From Bdellovibrionota bacterium (lineage in GTDB: Bacteria > Bdellovibrionota_C > UBA2361): a stretch of DNA of 16,435 nt. The translations under genes were made by a program, and so were the position numbers. The notes beneath the pieces were generated by a model. That model did no database searches. It saw nothing but the letters and a program-made list of their open reading frames with translations, and was not told where the DNA came from. Positions 13,961 to 16,435 of this stretch are shown piece after piece (position 1 is the stretch's first letter; each line of letters starts with the position of its first letter). Location: assembly GCA_044352465.1 (NCBI GenBank), contig JBILDU010000071.1, positions 1 to 16,435 on the forward strand. The letters run 5' to 3'.

Positions 13961-15226
13961 ATGGGTCGTAAATTTAATATCCCGATAATCTATCGCTCCA
14001 ATGCGGTAGCCGCGATTAAGCAGTCCCGGCGGGCGGGGGATCAGCGCAAGCACGACTTTGCGCCGACGATCCTCGACCTCGGCGCGGTACGATTTAAGCT
14101 CGCCCGTCATTTCGGCTTCTGTTTCGGCGTCCAGAACGCGATCGAGATCGCTTACCGCGCACTCGAAGAGAACCCGGGACGGAGGGTCTTCCTCCTGAGC
14201 GAGATGATTCACAATGCGCAGGTGAACAGCGACCTTGAGTCGCGGGGGGTCCAATTCATTCTCTCAACCGAGGGCGAGCAGCTCGTCCCGTTTGAAGAAC
14301 TTCGGGCTGACGATATCGTCATCGTACCAGCATTTGGAACCACCGTTGAGCTCTTCGGACGGCTCCGTTCGCTCGGTATCGATCCGCTGCGGTACAACGC
14401 CACCTGTCCCTTCGTGGAAAAGGTGTGGAAGCGCTCGAGTCAGCTCGGCGATGGCGGGTATACTGTGATAATCCACGGGAAGAACACCCATGAGGAGACT
14501 CGCGCCACTTTTTCTCATGCCCGGGAAAAGGCACCGAGCCTGGTGATTCGGGATATGGCCGAGGCAGAGGCCCTGGCCCGCTATCTTCGAGGGGAGGTCG
14601 CCGCGGCGAATTTTCAATCCGATTTCGCCGGCCGCTATTCGGATGGTTTTCAGGTCGAGCGGGATCTCGAGCGGATCGGGGTGGTGAATCAGACGACGAT
14701 GCTCGCCACCGAGACTCAGGCGATTAGCGATCTTCTCCGCGGAGCGATGATTGCACGTTACGGCGAGGGGGAAATCGAGCGCCATTTTGCGGATACCCGC
14801 GACACGTTGTGCTACGCTACCTCTGAGAATCAGACCTCTGTATCCGGTCTCCTTGAGGCTGGGGGTGATATCGCTATTGTCGTGGGGGGCTATAATTCCT
14901 CCAATACCTCACATCTGGTCGAGATACTCGAAGGCCACCTCCCCACCTTTTACATCAAAGATGCGGCGGAGCTCCTTTCGGCCGACCGGATTCGGTGCCT
15001 TGACCTCCATACCGGCGCATTGGTGGAGCGCTCCCCGTGGCTTCCGCGGGGTAAGAATCCGCTCGATATCCTGGTTACTGCGGGGGCAAGCTGCCCTGAC
15101 ACAGTCGTTGATCAGGTCATGAGCCGAGTCGCGGAGTTTCTCGAAGTATCCGAGCAGTTTATGGCGGCCCTCGCGCCGTTTCAGGAGAAGGTCGCGAACG
15201 CTGATTCGAGCGCCTCGGCCGATTGA
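13961..15226 (+). CDS. ispH: 4-hydroxy-3-methylbut-2-enyl diphosphate reductase (LytB), long form
   Basis: Three Fe-S cysteines in FGFCFGV, ATCPFV and DTLCYAT; also MIHN, HGK..HEET, VNQTT, VGGYNSSNT, TAGASCP. Confidence 0.95.
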   Translation: MGRKFNIPIIYRSNAVAAIKQSRRAGDQRKHDFAPTILDLGAVRFKLARHFGFCFGVQNAIEIAYRALEENPGRRVFLLSEMIHNAQVNSDLESRGVQFILSTEGEQLVPFEELRADDIVIVPAFGTTVELFGRLRSLGIDPLRYNATCPFVEKVWKRSSQLGDGGYTVIIHGKNTHEETRATFSHAREKAPSLVIRDMAEAEALARYLRGEVAAANFQSDFAGRYSDGFQVERDLERIGVVNQTTMLATETQAISDLLRGAMIARYGEGEIERHFADTRDTLCYATSENQTSVSGLLEAGGDIAIVVGGYNSSNTSHLVEILEGHLPTFYIKDAAELLSADRIRCLDLHTGALVERSPWLPRGKNPLDILVTAGASCPDTVVDQVMSRVAEFLEVSEQFMAALAPFQEKVANADSSASAD

Positions 15227-15481
15227 TCGGCCTGCGCTATGGCACCCAGTCGGCAGACGGGGGGCTCAGCAGTTGGCGTGACTGAGAAACGGTAAAGGCG
15301 CGGTGAAATACCATGCCATCCGGCACCCTGTGTCTCCGGTAGCCGGTTTGAGCGGCATCTGTCACAATAAGTAAAGAAGCTATGCCTCGGCGTTACCGCG
15401 GTGTGGGGGTGAGATCGGCCGTCGATAAAGAACGGGTGAGCTCTCATTGATGAGATGACTACAAAGGAAAGGCGATTGGCG

Positions 15482-16435
15482 ATGAATAAAAGTCTCGATG
15501 TGTGCGGTTTGGGAAATGGGCTCGTCGACATCTTTGTCGAGGCATCGGAGGGAGAGTTCAGCGCTTTAGATTTCGAGAAGGGGACGATGCGCCTCGTTGA
15601 GTCGGCGGAGCAACGAGAGTTGTTGCGCCGTTTTGCGGACCGTTCTCCGGTTATGGCGAGCGGGGGCTCGGTCGCGAATTCGATTATCGCCCTCTCCCAG
15701 TTAGGGGGGCGAGCGGGGTTTATCGGTTCGTTTGGGGCCGATGAGTATGGGGCCTTCTACCGCCGTGAATTCGACGATCTAGGAATTCGACTTAATCGGC
15801 ACGTCACCGCATCGTTAGATACAGGTACCGTCGTCGCGCTCATTACCCCCGATGCCGAAAGGACGATGCGCACCCACCTTGGTGCGGCTGCGGCGATTAC
15901 TCCAGCGCATGTTGACGAGGAGCTTATTCGCGACTCGCGCTGGCTTTTTGTTGAGGGCTATCTCTTCAGTAACCCAGGTTATGGTCAGCCAACGGTGCGC
16001 CACGCCGTGGAGTTGGCGAGAAGACACGACACCAAGATCGCGGTGACCTGCTCCGAAGCCTGGGTTGTCAGTGGTTTCGGGGAGGCTCTCCGAGCCGCTG
16101 TGGCAAGCGCGGAGCTCTTTTTCACCAACGAGTCTGAGGCGATGGCCTTCACGGGGCGGGGCTCCCCTGAGAGCGCCTTCGATGCGCTTTGTGAGACGAT
16201 TCCCGGTGTTGTTGTTACGCGGGGGGGGGACGGAGCTCTGGTCAAATTCGGTGAGGTAAAAGGCGCCGTGTCGGCCTTCCCATGCAACCCGCGCGATCTC
16301 ACGGGTGCGGGGGATATGTTTGCGGGGGCATTCCTGTATGGGGTGACCCACGGTGTTGGGGTTCTCGACTCGGTACGAGCGGCCTGCTACCTCGCAATGC
16401 ACGTGGTGACGCGCGTTGGGGCGCGACTCCATCAG
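15482..16435 (+). CDS. PfkB/ribokinase-family sugar kinase, adenosine-kinase-like; 3' end runs off the window
   Basis: Not in the ORF track (no stop). Manual translation: MNKSLDVCGLGNGLVDIF...KGTMRLV...SGGSVANSI...G.DEYG...TGTVVALITPDAERTMRTHLGA...FVEGYL...FTNESEA...VVTRGGDGA...DLTGAGDMFAGAFLYG. In-frame alternative ATG at 15455. Confidence 0.9.
   Translation, partial: MNKSLDVCGLGNGLVDIFVEASEGEFSALDFEKGTMRLVESAEQRELLRRFADRSPVMASGGSVANSIIALSQLGGRAGFIGSFGADEYGAFYRREFDDLGIRLNRHVTASLDTGTVVALITPDAERTMRTHLGAAAAITPAHVDEELIRDSRWLFVEGYLFSNPGYGQPTVRHAVELARRHDTKIAVTCSEAWVVSGFGEALRAAVASAELFFTNESEAMAFTGRGSPESAFDALCETIPGVVVTRGGDGALVKFGEVKGAVSAFPCNPRDLTGAGDMFAGAFLYGVTHGVGVLDSVRAACYLAMHVVTRVGARLHQ

Noticed and set aside
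15259..15330. TPP- or ZTP-riboswitch-like fragments (GGGGG...CTGAGA...ATACC; CGTGACTG)
   Set aside because: The TPP ACCTGAT...GCGnAGGGA core and the ZTP GTGG/CCAC-GGGAGCG and 3' CTGGGC elements are missing on this strand.

Overview
This GC-rich bacterial window is mostly core housekeeping DNA. From left to right it holds pccB (carboxyltransferase, minus strand, cut by the window edge), divergent from a stand-alone catalytic subunit of methylmalonyl-CoA mutase, then dksA and a convergent suhB-type inositol monophosphatase. Next comes the conserved ispE - tRNA-Gln(TTG) - prs - rplY(ctc) - pth - rpsF - rplI cluster. It is followed by a membrane-anchored LamG-like protein overlapping an atypical O-antigen ligase (Wzy_C/WaaL-like) gene, an orphan membrane protein, a long-form ispH and a PfkB adenosine-kinase-like gene (cut by the edge). 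The gene order resembles deltaproteobacterial-type lineages (inference only). I see no mobile element, CRISPR array or rRNA, and I cannot support a clearly new multi-gene system. The best leads are: (1) the LamG + WaaL-like pair, whose ligase has Asn at the normally essential His and an extra C-terminal domain; (2) rpsR (S18) missing between rpsF and rplI; (3) tandem GGA-loop hairpins in the 495-bp prs-rplY spacer; (4) a T-tract tandem array after the rplI terminator; (5) several promoters abutting SD-less start codons, which suggests leaderless translation. All calls come from reading motifs by eye; no searches or folding programs were run.
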